Shown here one piece after another: positions 38,768 to 49,166 of a DNA stretch of 64,000 nucleotides. This stretch comes from Escherichia coli (GTDB lineage: Bacteria; Pseudomonadota; Gammaproteobacteria; Enterobacterales; Enterobacteriaceae). A program made the translations under genes and the position numbers. The stretch lies in assembly GCF_002854065.1 (NCBI RefSeq), contig NZ_CP024147.1, one strand, 5' to 3'. Position 1 is the stretch's first letter; every line of letters begins with the position of its first letter. The notes below the pieces were generated by a model. The model had not been told where the DNA came from. It saw only the letters and a list, made by a program, of their open reading frames with translations, and searched no databases.

Positions 38768-39247
38768 TCACGAAGATAATGATCGTATGGCTTCCTTAAG
38801 GGCTGGTGAGACACGTTGATTAAGTGCTTCATTAGCCCAGTCGGATTGCACGGGTATTCTACGCAATATCACTGTGTTTAAAGCAGCAAACAAACGATGC
38901 AGTAAATGTATAGAACCGGTCGCGATAGCTGTATCCACCCACTGGTCCGCATAGAGCCATGGGGCTGAAAATAAATCAGCCATCGCCTGAGTAGCAACTT
39001 CAATAGACGCTTTTTCTAGGCAAAGAACATCACCCTGATCGCCAAAATTATGCTCAAAGTAAGGCAATCCTTCTATATTCGTGCGAATTAGAGGAAATGG
39101 GCAGCGCCCAATGCTCAGTAAAATATAGGCGTCTATACGCTGATCATCGTCACCCACCTCTGCTGACGGCAGTTTCGCTAGTTGCCCGAGTATCATCCAA
39201 CTGGTTGATTTAGAAATGACCTTTGGGATTTGATCCTCTAAATTCAC
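38768..39247 (-). CDS. Hypothetical protein (159 aa), downstream partner of the nuclease-NTPase gene
   Basis: ORF begins at a GTG with upstream AAGAG; 70 bp after the stop of the NTPase ORF on the same strand; no recognisable motif. Confidence 0.5.
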   Translation of the reverse strand: MNLEDQIPKVISKSTSWMILGQLAKLPSAEVGDDDQRIDAYILLSIGRCPFPLIRTNIEGLPYFEHNFGDQGDVLCLEKASIEVATQAMADLFSAPWLYADQWVDTAIATGSIHLLHRLFAALNTVILRRIPVQSDWANEALNQRVSPALKEAIRSLSS

Positions 39248-39316
39248 CAGAATACTCTTTGCATCATCCCCGTGTTTAGAAATCCACGCTAATCCATCCT
39301 CAATCTTTAGATTGAC

Positions 39317-41128
39317 TTATTGGTTGTCTGGCATAGCTAAAGTAAACAATCCGTTTTTTATAGGTTCTTTATATGGCTCAATGCTGAGAAGGCCCTGAAT
39401 AATTCCAAAGCTGAAATATCTCTCTTTAGCTGCCATACGGCGTATGGCTTGAGCACCGATCATATCTCCAAGATAAGTGGCGTCTAGCCGTTCGCCAAGC
39501 CAAGCCCCGGCGTCTTGAGGGTCTTGTTCTGCCCGTAAAACCAGTTCATCACAAACAGCATCCGACAGTTCCAGAAGGTAAGCTGCGGGAACTGTCGGCA
39601 CCACAACATCTTCCCATCCTGAAAGGCGAAAAATACGAACTGCCCCCATATGTTTTAACTCATTCACTACACCACGAGCTTCGTCAGAAAGTGCGTCATA
39701 CCGCACGACAAATCCATTCGCTTTAGCAAACATTAATTCTACTGAGTGGGAGTTTGTGTCAGCTAGTGCGCAGCGTGCAAGAACCCGATAATAACGAAGA
39801 AGATCATACTGACTCTCATAGCTCTTTTGCGCAGCATCTATAAGTTCCATACCGGGTGATGGAGGAAGATAGGCGATAAGATCCGTTTTCTGGTATTGAT
39901 GATTGCGCACAATGTCATCATAAATAGTGCGAAGAACCCAAGGCGAGCGGTAGTCATCGGCGTATTCTGCTCCCTGTTGAAAAACTATCCGCTGGTCCGA
40001 GAGAATCTGTTGCGCCAGCTTAAATTCATCTAGGGACATAGGCGATGTTTTAAATACCTTCGACCGGCTACCAATTGCAGACGGAGTTCGTCCGTTTGGA
40101 TTTTTCAGTAACGCGTTGGCATGATAGGTCGTCAGAACAACCACCAGCCTGTTGCCAAAACGTATACCCGCAAGTTCCTCAAGATCAGTAGCCATTTGGG
40201 AGCCTGGTTCAACGTCGTCGATAGCAAGCATAAGCGATGGACCTTCAGTGCAGTTAGACATTCGTCTTAACCAGTTACGTGCATCATTTGAGGTTAAATT
40301 CCATTCAAATTCAGCTGCAAAAAGATTGGCCAGAGCCTGAAATAGTCCTGGTCCGGAACCTCGTAACATCAGGACAGCCAAAAGATCGCTACTTTCCGTT
40401 TTTAGCGAAATTTCACGGAGGCAACTGCTTTTTCCGCTTTGTGCATCACCCTCAATGATAGTGAAAGCTGTACCCATCACAGCAGATTCAATTACAAGAG
40501 ACGTGATTTTGCGAGGAAAAAGTAGGTTGTTGGCAAATGGATGTTCTGAATGCCCAGGCTGATCAGTTATATCAATCAGCAGCCGGGCTGTTTCTTCTCG
40601 CACAGCTGGCACCCAAGCATTAGTTTCTCGCCCCATCAAGGCTTCAATAGCCCAGCGCATGTCAGCCGCCGCCAACTTTGCAGAATTGGCGAGCATCTTG
40701 TTTACCGCTGCCGAGGCATCCTGTCCACCCGACCACTGTTGTCCATTACTTGAGTCATAAACGCGCGTATCTTTACCGTTCGTAACTACAACGAGAGGCG
40801 GACGTGGTGTTAACTGGTTAGCGTAGCTTTAAGCCTGTTCATAATCATCATGGGTCAGTGTCAGGTCTTCACGTTTCAGTTCAATAACCGCAAGTGGTCT
40901 CTCCCGATGAAAGATCAAAACATCCGCTCGCCCGTATTTTTTCCAGTGTGCGGCGCTATCTATTTTGTAAGTTCCATGGCCTAGCCGAACGGTAAAATGG
41001 CGCTGTTCGATAAGATCTTCGCGAGGAATGTTAGGAAATGCTATGTTTAGTGCTGAAGTAAGCCGGCTTTCTAGCTCGGCTTCAGTTCGAACGAGTGGAG
41101 AGCCCGTTTTTGATTGCATACTTTTCAT
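39317..41128 (-). pseudogene. PD-(D/E)xK nuclease-like N-domain fused to P-loop NTPase, interrupted by one in-frame TAA (40829-40831)
   Basis: ORF 40829..41128 (RBS GAGGA; motif D-x-ELK in ADVLIF...AVIELKRED) and ORF 39317..40696 (Walker A GDAQSGKSS, Walker B LMLAIDDVE) share one frame; the 44 codons between them are open and read SYANQLTPRPPLVVVTNGKDTRVYD, continuing the nuclease-domain pattern; no RBS before the internal ATG. Confidence 0.6.
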
Positions 41129-41771
41129 GACAAAGTATCCTCAGATATTAGTCATTGGCTAAGTTTTTATTTCACTTACTACCTTTCCAGATTAATGCGA
41201 AGACGCATAGCATTGGATTAACGGATGTGAAATGGATTATTGACAAGCAAAGTAACTTTTTCCGCATAACTATCAATTGATTAGCTGAAGAAAGGGAATA
41301 TGATTTAGTTCACTCAGGTTTCTCCAGCACGATGTGCAGATGCTAAAGCCACGATTAATTCTAAAGCAGATTAATATAACCCTGAAACAGGCAGAGCAGG
41401 AAACGCCTGTATCGGAAGTATGCCGCATGACCGCCCCCGATAACTCACACCGAATGCCAATAGGAATGTCAGCCCCTCGCTCATAGCAGACCTTCGGGCC
41501 TGGCAGCTTAGTGCCAAGAACACTCCCCAGTGGCCTATCGGCAAGTGTAAGCGTACGAATATCGCCTCCGTGCTACACAGTAGACGACTACATTTTCGAC
41601 GCATGAGCAAATCGTGGCTTTAGTTGTCTAAAACCAGTGCTTCAACACTTTTTTTTCACCAAACAACGCATCGTAGAAGCACTAGTTGGATTCCACAGGC
41701 TTACGTAAACAAATAGCGCTAACGGCTAAGCTGGTCCATTAGACGCTCAATCATCCTCGCAAGAGGTATAG

Positions 41772-42788
41772 TTACTCGATGCCCAGAACAAATGACATTA
41801 ACAAATCTAGCTTTATTTTCATGTCTGCAGTTGCCGAAGCCGCATTAACCTGCGGCAAGGCAAGCCATCTGTTTACGGCATCGGAGTTGAATCTCTGCTG
41901 CCTTAGGAACGAAGATACCGACGTTTCCCAGGAAAAGATTTCACCCCCACAAAGTTCGACGGGCTGCTGAGAGCAGGCTCGCTGAATAGTCATTCCCAAA
42001 CCGACGTAGCGGAGAAGCTCACGTCGCACATTCTCATCTTTTTGCATGACTGGTGCATCCAGTTTCGGTTTCGGTCCAAAGTACACTCCGGTAGTACCTG
42101 GTTGTAATGTCGGGTCACTGGAAAAATAAACCGGAACTCCCATCAATTTAAATGCCGCTGTCAAAATTTCATAACTAATGTCTGATCGACTCCAACGGCC
42201 CATGTGGGGTGGTACTTTTGGCAAACCGACCAGATCATCGCCACGGCTTACAATCGATACCCCCTCAACTGGCACGGATGGTTGCATTCTGAATACAGCG
42301 TCAGAATCGATTTCCCAGCCAGCTTCGCTTAACAATCGCAAAAAATTACCAGCAGCCACGCACGATGATTCACTCCACTCAACACAACCGATGCGCAGCT
42401 TGTCCCGCTGACCGAACTGTCCTGTTCGAAATAATTCGAGGTATCTGTCGCGATTGGAACTATTAACGGCATATGCATCAATCACAGTAGGCGGTACAGG
42501 TTTACTTGCAGATTCAGGATTTTGTTGAAGCAAATCTGGGCTTATGAAAAACACTATAGCGAAGATCGCCACTGCGCCAGATGCTCTTAACCACCCATTA
42601 AATTTTACTTCAAGGAAACCAGGCAGAACTGCACCAATACATCCGGCAGCCAGAGCCAGAACTATTCGGTAAACTATATATTGATAAGGTGTGGGATTGG
42701 GGGTTGTGATAGTAGTAATGAGTATGGCAACTATCGCCACAACCGCAAAACCATACCTAATGAACTTGTCTGTCCTTACACTGCTCAT
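41772..42788 (-). CDS. Hypothetical membrane protein (338 aa, N-terminal transmembrane segments plus soluble domain)
   Basis: Hydrophobic helices FAVVAIVAILITTITT, IVYRIVLALAAGCIGAVLPGF, AVAIFAIVFFISP; no recognisable catalytic motif. Confidence 0.55.
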   Translation of the reverse strand: MSSVRTDKFIRYGFAVVAIVAILITTITTPNPTPYQYIVYRIVLALAAGCIGAVLPGFLEVKFNGWLRASGAVAIFAIVFFISPDLLQQNPESASKPVPPTVIDAYAVNSSNRDRYLELFRTGQFGQRDKLRIGCVEWSESSCVAAGNFLRLLSEAGWEIDSDAVFRMQPSVPVEGVSIVSRGDDLVGLPKVPPHMGRWSRSDISYEILTAAFKLMGVPVYFSSDPTLQPGTTGVYFGPKPKLDAPVMQKDENVRRELLRYVGLGMTIQRACSQQPVELCGGEIFSWETSVSSFLRQQRFNSDAVNRWLALPQVNAASATADMKIKLDLLMSFVLGIE

Positions 42789-43218
42789 TTTAATTTTGAC
42801 ACCTGAATCAAGTCCATAAGTCGAAAATCCCGCATTAAACTGTTCCCCAATGATTAATACAGCTTTATACGCGTAATGAGGCTATTGGCGTTGGTGATGA
42901 GTGTAACTGTCCATTCCTCGCTCAGAGCAACCTTCTGCTCCAAGAGTCAGTCTACAGTGTGCAAAAAACAGACGTTGATCACAATATCGAGTTAATCATT
43001 CGGCCGTTTATCACTCCCATTGAAAAATTTCTCAGTATCCAATATACCAATGTTGAGGGCTTCCCTCTTACATCTCAAAAGGATAACTATCATGGGTCTT
43101 AAACCTGGTCCAAAACCAATTGCTAAATCGACAGGAAAACCAGATCAACGCCGACGAGATAATAAAGATACTCCTGGCAACACTCCGGGACTAAAGCCAA
43201 GTAAGTCCACCGGGAAGT

Positions 43219-43254
43219 AAAAAAATCAGGGTATAAATAAGTTATTTATACCCT
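43219..43254 (-). terminator. Intrinsic terminator of the three-gene helicase cassette
   Basis: Perfect 12-bp stem AGGGTATAAATA / TATTTATACCCT with 3-nt loop, followed on the minus strand by a 7-T run; 16 bp after the helicase stop. Confidence 0.75.
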
Positions 43255-43269
43255 GACTACATATCCAGT

Positions 43270-45468
43270 CTACTGAAGGTGTTTCTGCAGCCAGGTGCAC
43301 GTTCCTTCTATATCATACGCCTGTGCCCCATACCCTTTAGCAAGCAAAGTCTCTGGTAAATACTCGTCATATTTATCCAGATACTTGTCAGGAACAACTG
43401 CAGCAAGCTCAAACTCTGAAGGTAACCCCGACAATAGCATTTTCTTAAGTACACGCTGGACAGAGGCAACGCCTGAGTCCTCTACCTCTATCACACCTGC
43501 AAATGAACTGGCTTTAAAGCCACAACGTATAAGCAGGGACGTAATTGTATTGACAATTTTATCCCCCATCCACGGGATCACGTAGCAGTTCTGACCACTG
43601 GCAATAAAACAGTCATTGTGTAGATTGTAGCGTTGGAAGTTGTCACTTCCTTCCGCAAAGAGGCTTCTGGCTGCGGCATCAGCATAATCGACTCTCTTGT
43701 TGCCTACCGCGATACGGTAATCATTTTCCCTGTAGATAGCGAGCATCTCCTGGCGAACAACATCATGAACAGACATCCCGCTACCACTGAATAGTGGTGG
43801 CTGACCGCCTTTAGTCGCCTCAACATAGATAACCTTTTTTTCAACCTCGATCTCTGTCACTTTCCAGCGCCGTCCGCCGAAGATGATGTGCTGCTCCGGC
43901 AAAAGTGGGGAGTCTACAGGCACTGTGCCAAGAGTTCGGTTTCCCGTTACAATGCGAAACTCCTCAGGTGTATTGAATACGGCATAAAACGTGTAGTGAT
44001 TAGTCAGCTTCTCCCCCTCAGCCCCGACAACTATTTCACCGCTGGCTAGTTGACTGAGCAGGCCACATGTCCCCATATGTTTAAGCAGACTTTTAAAGTC
44101 ATTTATATCCACATTCCGGAACGGACCTGTCTGGCAAAGTTGTGACCAGAGTTGATCGGCACGAACACCTCCCCATTGCGCAGTAATAGCCAGGATCTGG
44201 TGTAGTAGTGTGGAGTAATGTTTCTGCCGGATATCTGCAGGCTCGAACCAGCGCTTAGAGATCATCAACCTGATCATTGCCATCGCCTGAACCAACTGCA
44301 GCCGTAAATGATCCACAATGCTGCTGGTTGCGGTAAGTTCAGGTTCAGTAATTAACATTCTCAGCACCGATGGGGAATCGCGCCGCCCTGAACGTCCCAT
44401 GCGTTGACGCAGACTGGAAACAGAATGCGGAGGTGTCACTTGTATGACAGACTGCACCTTACCAATATCAATACCCAGCTCCAGCGTCATTGTACAAACA
44501 GCGGTTGTGGGCAAATTCCCTTTCTGCAGTCGGGCTTCAAGCGCCTCACGTAACTCCCTGGCAAGGGAGCCATGATGAGGAAAGAATTCATTAGGAACGA
44601 CATTTGCTTCACACATGTCGCTCAGTATTGCCGCTATGCTTTCAGTACGCTTTCGACTGTTAGCAAAGACCAGGTGGGAATCGCCACGACAGAGCCTGAA
44701 AATATCCGCGCAGACGAGCTGTTCAGCAGAGCTCTGGAGCTCTTCCCCTTTTTCGAGCACCCGCTCAAGATAACCTTTAACCTGAACTTGTAGTGTAGCG
44801 GTGCTATTACTGTCTGTTACCGTTTCACAAGGTAATCTCTTATCCGGACGCAATAATTCTGGCACTTTTTCCAGCTCTCCCAGAGTGGCACTCAACGCGA
44901 CACGGGGAACTGGATTTAACTGGCGTCCCAGCACATGGTCAATTCTATTAAGCAGCGAAAGCAGTTGTATACCACGCTCTGAGCCAATAAAAGCGTGGAA
45001 CTCATCAATAACAATGTATGCCACTGAAGAAAACGCCTGTTTGAGCCAACCCAATGAGTTTATGAGCAAAGACTCAAGTGATTCAGGTGTGATAAGTAAG
45101 ATACCTGACGGGCTTGTCCGTGCTTTATTCTTTTTGCTTTGTGGTACATCCCCGTGCCAGGGCGTCACTTGCATTTCCAGGGCTTCCCCCAGGCTCTCAA
45201 GACGACGGTGCTGATCGTTAATCAATGCCTTCAACGGACTGATATAGATAATGCCAAATCCACCAGTGAGATCTGCAATCGCTGAACAGGCAGGAAGAAA
45301 GAAAGCCTCTGTTTTACCCGCAGCTGTACCTGCACTAATTAGTACATCACGATCACGGGCTAAAATTGCCGGAATAGAGCTCTCCTGCAAGGGCCTTAAT
45401 GATGACCAGCCCTGCTTATAAATCCACTTACGGACACGGGGATCGAGACTATTGTAGGCACTGCTCAT
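43270..45468 (-). CDS. Superfamily-2 DExH-box helicase with C-terminal extension; third gene of Shango-like cassette (SngC-like)
   Basis: 732 aa; Q-motif LRPLQ, motif I SAGTAAGKTEAF, motif Ia SPLKAL, motif II VIDEFHAF, motif III SAT, motif VI QRMGRSGRR; start overlaps the upstream stop by 4 bp. Confidence 0.85.
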   Translation of the reverse strand: MSSAYNSLDPRVRKWIYKQGWSSLRPLQESSIPAILARDRDVLISAGTAAGKTEAFFLPACSAIADLTGGFGIIYISPLKALINDQHRRLESLGEALEMQVTPWHGDVPQSKKNKARTSPSGILLITPESLESLLINSLGWLKQAFSSVAYIVIDEFHAFIGSERGIQLLSLLNRIDHVLGRQLNPVPRVALSATLGELEKVPELLRPDKRLPCETVTDSNSTATLQVQVKGYLERVLEKGEELQSSAEQLVCADIFRLCRGDSHLVFANSRKRTESIAAILSDMCEANVVPNEFFPHHGSLARELREALEARLQKGNLPTTAVCTMTLELGIDIGKVQSVIQVTPPHSVSSLRQRMGRSGRRDSPSVLRMLITEPELTATSSIVDHLRLQLVQAMAMIRLMISKRWFEPADIRQKHYSTLLHQILAITAQWGGVRADQLWSQLCQTGPFRNVDINDFKSLLKHMGTCGLLSQLASGEIVVGAEGEKLTNHYTFYAVFNTPEEFRIVTGNRTLGTVPVDSPLLPEQHIIFGGRRWKVTEIEVEKKVIYVEATKGGQPPLFSGSGMSVHDVVRQEMLAIYRENDYRIAVGNKRVDYADAAARSLFAEGSDNFQRYNLHNDCFIASGQNCYVIPWMGDKIVNTITSLLIRCGFKASSFAGVIEVEDSGVASVQRVLKKMLLSGLPSEFELAAVVPDKYLDKYDEYLPETLLAKGYGAQAYDIEGTCTWLQKHLQ

Positions 45469-46781
45469 AGTCTGAAATTCGCCAGGCCATCATCGTCATC
45501 ACTTTCCTCCACAATGGCATCCCCCATATCGCTGGGCTTGTCTTCTTCAATCGCCACCCCCTCAATGAGAGCTTGCCAGTTCATCGTACTGTTTTGTTCC
45601 AGCACAGCCAGCATATCCAGAAAACCTTTTATGGTATTGCGGGGAGTTCGAAAGTAAGCATCTCCGATGGTTTTGCTGCAGTGATGCAGAAACCCGGTCA
45701 GAGCCTCATCTGGCACCAGATAATTTGCGGGATCTCCACCAGCATAAACATGACGAAGATTTTTCAGTAAAATATACAGTTCCTCAGGAGTGAGGCTGGC
45801 AAGATGTAGCGTGGGAGACGAGTAGTCAATCACGCCAGCTTTCTGTGCGAATCGATTTTCTGCCAGACGCGACTGGAGCGCTTCATAGCTGTAGAGCCCC
45901 TTACGTGGATCGAAAAGAAACTCTGGCGTCCCCCCGAGGATAAAACCAATATTTTCGGCGGAGCCTTGCAGGCAGTCATTCAGGATCCGCAAAATTTGTT
46001 CGTAGTTGGCCGTTCTCGCTTGCGTATTATTCAACTTGAAGAGGTTCACCATCTCGTCGAGGCTAACTAAAAGTCCGGCATAGCCTGCCTGACGGACAAA
46101 AAGGCTCATCAACTTCAAAGAGTCATAGAACGAGGCGTCTGAGATAATCGTTCGGACGTCAAGATCATTACGGGCATCAGTTTTTGTGGTGTACTCGCCC
46201 CGCAACCAGCGAATAGCATTGGATTTTAAGGTTTCGTTATCCTGCTCATGCCCGCGCCAGAATGCGTCAATGACCTTCGCAAAGTCATATCCACCCACCA
46301 TATCTGACAAAGCAGCAAGGCGTTTATGAATAACGGATGAGACCTGGGAGCCGTTCGCATCAGCTTCCTTCCTTGCCTCAGTAACAAACCTTTCCACAAC
46401 GCTAAGTAATGCATTGCCATCTGGTTTGTTTCTGGTGGACATATTTTTCATAAGCTCTGAGTAGAGATTACGAGCCTGACCTCCCGATGAGTGAATACGT
46501 CTGTCGGGAGAAAGGTCTGCACTGACCGTGACCAGCTTTTTCTCTAACGCAATAGACCGTACAACACTTAAAAAGAACGTTTTGCCGGAACCATACTCAC
46601 CAATGATAAGTCTGAAGCTTGCCCCGCCATCAGCAATCCGTTCAATATCCTGATGGAGGGCGGTTATCTCATTCACGCGGCCAACCTGGATATGCTGAAT
46701 ACCTATCCTTGGCGTTACTCCCGACTTAAGTGACTGAATAATAGCGTCGCGCTCTTTCACTCTTATACGTGTTACAGACAT
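45465..46781 (-). CDS. P-loop ATPase; second gene of Shango-like cassette (SngB-like)
   Basis: 438 aa; Walker A GEYGSGKTFFL, Walker B LLVSLDEM; start 3 bp after the upstream stop. Confidence 0.85.
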   Translation of the reverse strand: MSVTRIRVKERDAIIQSLKSGVTPRIGIQHIQVGRVNEITALHQDIERIADGGASFRLIIGEYGSGKTFFLSVVRSIALEKKLVTVSADLSPDRRIHSSGGQARNLYSELMKNMSTRNKPDGNALLSVVERFVTEARKEADANGSQVSSVIHKRLAALSDMVGGYDFAKVIDAFWRGHEQDNETLKSNAIRWLRGEYTTKTDARNDLDVRTIISDASFYDSLKLMSLFVRQAGYAGLLVSLDEMVNLFKLNNTQARTANYEQILRILNDCLQGSAENIGFILGGTPEFLFDPRKGLYSYEALQSRLAENRFAQKAGVIDYSSPTLHLASLTPEELYILLKNLRHVYAGGDPANYLVPDEALTGFLHHCSKTIGDAYFRTPRNTIKGFLDMLAVLEQNSTMNWQALIEGVAIEEDKPSDMGDAIVEESDDDDGLANFRL

Positions 46782-46784
46782 TCA

Positions 46785-49094
46785 CTAACCCTCTAATTCT
46801 TTGGCTATTTCCAGGTCAACCCAAATGTGATCATCAGCATCTTCCAGCACTGGTGCATCAACCACCGCATAGGACCAATCGTTAATCACCTCAAGCGCAC
46901 CGCCGAGCATCAGGTTCCAGTTACTACACAACTCTGTCGCCTCTTTTCTGGACCATTGTTCTTTCTCCAGCAACCTGCGATAAAGTTGGCTATGAGCGGA
47001 GTCAAGCCCCCCTTCCCCGGTTAATGAGGCTGGAGCGCTTTCTGGTTGTTCTGGTTCTTCTTCAGTGAAAATCGAGTTCAGTAATTTACGAACATCATCA
47101 GTGGCAGATTCGTGGCGGGCAAGTACATTGGCATCCAGCGTAAACCCTGCCGTCGACTGATTAGCTGGTACAGATGAAACGAGAGCAGTTTCAGTTACGG
47201 AATGCTGATGGATATTGCTTGATACGGATGAGGGATCCAACCCCAGGCTTGTATAAATCTTCTCAAGCTGTTTGATTTCGGCAGGCGTAATTCTGCCGTC
47301 AGAGCAAGCGACACTAACGATAACCTTACCCACAGCTGATTTTTCCGCTGCACCGAGTAACTCAATCCGGCTTTTCATTCCCGTCATATTCGCCGGGGTA
47401 TGAAGCTGCCACGTTAAATATGCGTGCAGAGAGCGCTTTTCATCATCGCTGAAGCTGACATTGTTGTTGATGGCATTCTCAAGCACTTTCTGTTCGGCTT
47501 GATCGAAAGAATTGTCAATCAAGGCGACTACCGAACCTAATCGGAGCGTCAATACAGCTGTGATAAATTCAGGAGAAGGAGAGAAGCGGCCACTTTCACC
47601 AGCAGGGAATAAAACAAGAACACCATCGACATCTGCTTTTACGTGGTGGTAATAGGGGTCAGGAGCCAGGCAGTACCCCATTTTCTGTGCAAAGGCCTGC
47701 ATCAAGTCGGCCTCTTTTTTGTTGATCTTTGCCGGACAGGTAGCATTCATGTGTGACCAGAAGTCAGCAACTGAAACTACTCCCCCCTTACTGAGGATCG
47801 CGTCATCAGCCCAGCGTTTGAATGCACTTAATATTTTATCTGCGCTTTCGTTAACGATTTCTGAAGGCAGCAACAAAATTGCAACGGTATCATTTGCTGA
47901 AGTGCCTTTTCTACCAAGGTAACGACTGTAAGCATCCAGTTCATCTGTGCATATATCAGCAAGAGTCATAAGCTTCTGAACAGGGCCTTTCAATGCACTT
48001 GGATCAGGCAAGTCAGGAACAGGAAGCCGAATACCTCTCAAACTGGGACTTGCAGGCGTGTAATCTAAACGCAGACGCGCTTTATTCGGCTTCACTACCA
48101 TCCCTTCACCGTATTTAAGGGTGTAACGCCGTTTAAATAGTGCAGCAAATTCTTTCGCACAGCGGCGGGCGGGGGTTCGTAATGAGTATTCAGTATGGTT
48201 TGTCACCCACGTCAGAGCCAGATCCGCTGGAACCGGGGCTCCTGCATCAACTGTCTTTGCCAGGATTAACCTGAACTGCATGCTATTGCTGAACTCTGAA
48301 TCATCGCTGAGAGCTGCTGCAAGATTTTCGTTCGGACGAAGAATGGACATCGCTTCAAGTAACTGGGACGAGTAGTTCCGGAATGATCTGTTTTCATTGA
48401 AAACAGATCTGAGACGGCAGATCTCTTTGAAAAGAGAATAGAACTCATCGTCAGATATATTGCTGTCCCTGCTGTCAACAAGCGCCCGTCTTTCCAGACC
48501 ATACAGATAAATAAAAACGTAACCAATTGGGCAAGAAGTGTCACATCTGTCGCTGGTAAGCCAACTCAGGTACGCGCCACGTGCTTCAGGTGAAAGTGAG
48601 GAATAACTGGGCCAATACCCTAATGAACTATCTTCGTAGATGTAAGATGTGGGGTATATCTTGAGCGTGTCGTCAATTAGCGATGCCTCGCTACTATCAT
48701 CATAATAACCGCCTGAGTTATGCCCGACAGGGTTCATTCGCTGTCCAAGATAGAAGTAGCCGCCGGTAATCTCTACCCCACCGACTGTGATCACCTCCCC
48801 CGGTAAAATCCAGCGAGCCAAAGCACCGGTAGTTTTTGAGAAATTCTGGCGTTGAGTGGCTGTTATACTGTATTCGGCATTCCGCCCGCCACTTAGTGTA
48901 AACGTAGCCAGATTGTCATCTTCGCTGTCCTCGTTGTGCATTACAGACTGATTTTTTTTGTTATTAGCAAGCCATTCTTTAGGTGGTGCTTTCACAGGAG
49001 CGGAAGTATAAGAGCCCGCGGACTTAGTTTTCTTCTTTTTGAAAAAAAGAATATAAATCAAATAAATCGCTACTATAAATATCCATAACTCCAT
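46785..49094 (-). CDS. Membrane-anchored TerB-N/TerB-C-type protein; first gene of Shango-like cassette (SngA-like)
   Basis: 769 aa; N-terminal TM helix MELWIFIVAIYLIYILFF then basic linker KKKKTK; size, position and architecture match the TerB-domain component of the TerB-ATPase-helicase triad (assignment by recognition, not by HMM). Confidence 0.7.
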   Translation of the reverse strand: MELWIFIVAIYLIYILFFKKKKTKSAGSYTSAPVKAPPKEWLANNKKNQSVMHNEDSEDDNLATFTLSGGRNAEYSITATQRQNFSKTTGALARWILPGEVITVGGVEITGGYFYLGQRMNPVGHNSGGYYDDSSEASLIDDTLKIYPTSYIYEDSSLGYWPSYSSLSPEARGAYLSWLTSDRCDTSCPIGYVFIYLYGLERRALVDSRDSNISDDEFYSLFKEICRLRSVFNENRSFRNYSSQLLEAMSILRPNENLAAALSDDSEFSNSMQFRLILAKTVDAGAPVPADLALTWVTNHTEYSLRTPARRCAKEFAALFKRRYTLKYGEGMVVKPNKARLRLDYTPASPSLRGIRLPVPDLPDPSALKGPVQKLMTLADICTDELDAYSRYLGRKGTSANDTVAILLLPSEIVNESADKILSAFKRWADDAILSKGGVVSVADFWSHMNATCPAKINKKEADLMQAFAQKMGYCLAPDPYYHHVKADVDGVLVLFPAGESGRFSPSPEFITAVLTLRLGSVVALIDNSFDQAEQKVLENAINNNVSFSDDEKRSLHAYLTWQLHTPANMTGMKSRIELLGAAEKSAVGKVIVSVACSDGRITPAEIKQLEKIYTSLGLDPSSVSSNIHQHSVTETALVSSVPANQSTAGFTLDANVLARHESATDDVRKLLNSIFTEEEPEQPESAPASLTGEGGLDSAHSQLYRRLLEKEQWSRKEATELCSNWNLMLGGALEVINDWSYAVVDAPVLEDADDHIWVDLEIAKELEG

Positions 49095-49166
49095 GAGGCA
49101 ATAACCTTAAAAATAGCTTTTCACGAACACCGAAAGGATGACGATGGGAAGTGGATTAATCTTAAA

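Noticed and set aside
41371-41610. 79-aa minus-strand ORF in the intergenic region upstream of the nuclease-NTPase gene
   Set aside because: No RBS, odd composition (Cys/Arg-rich) and it overlaps the likely promoter region; probably not coding.
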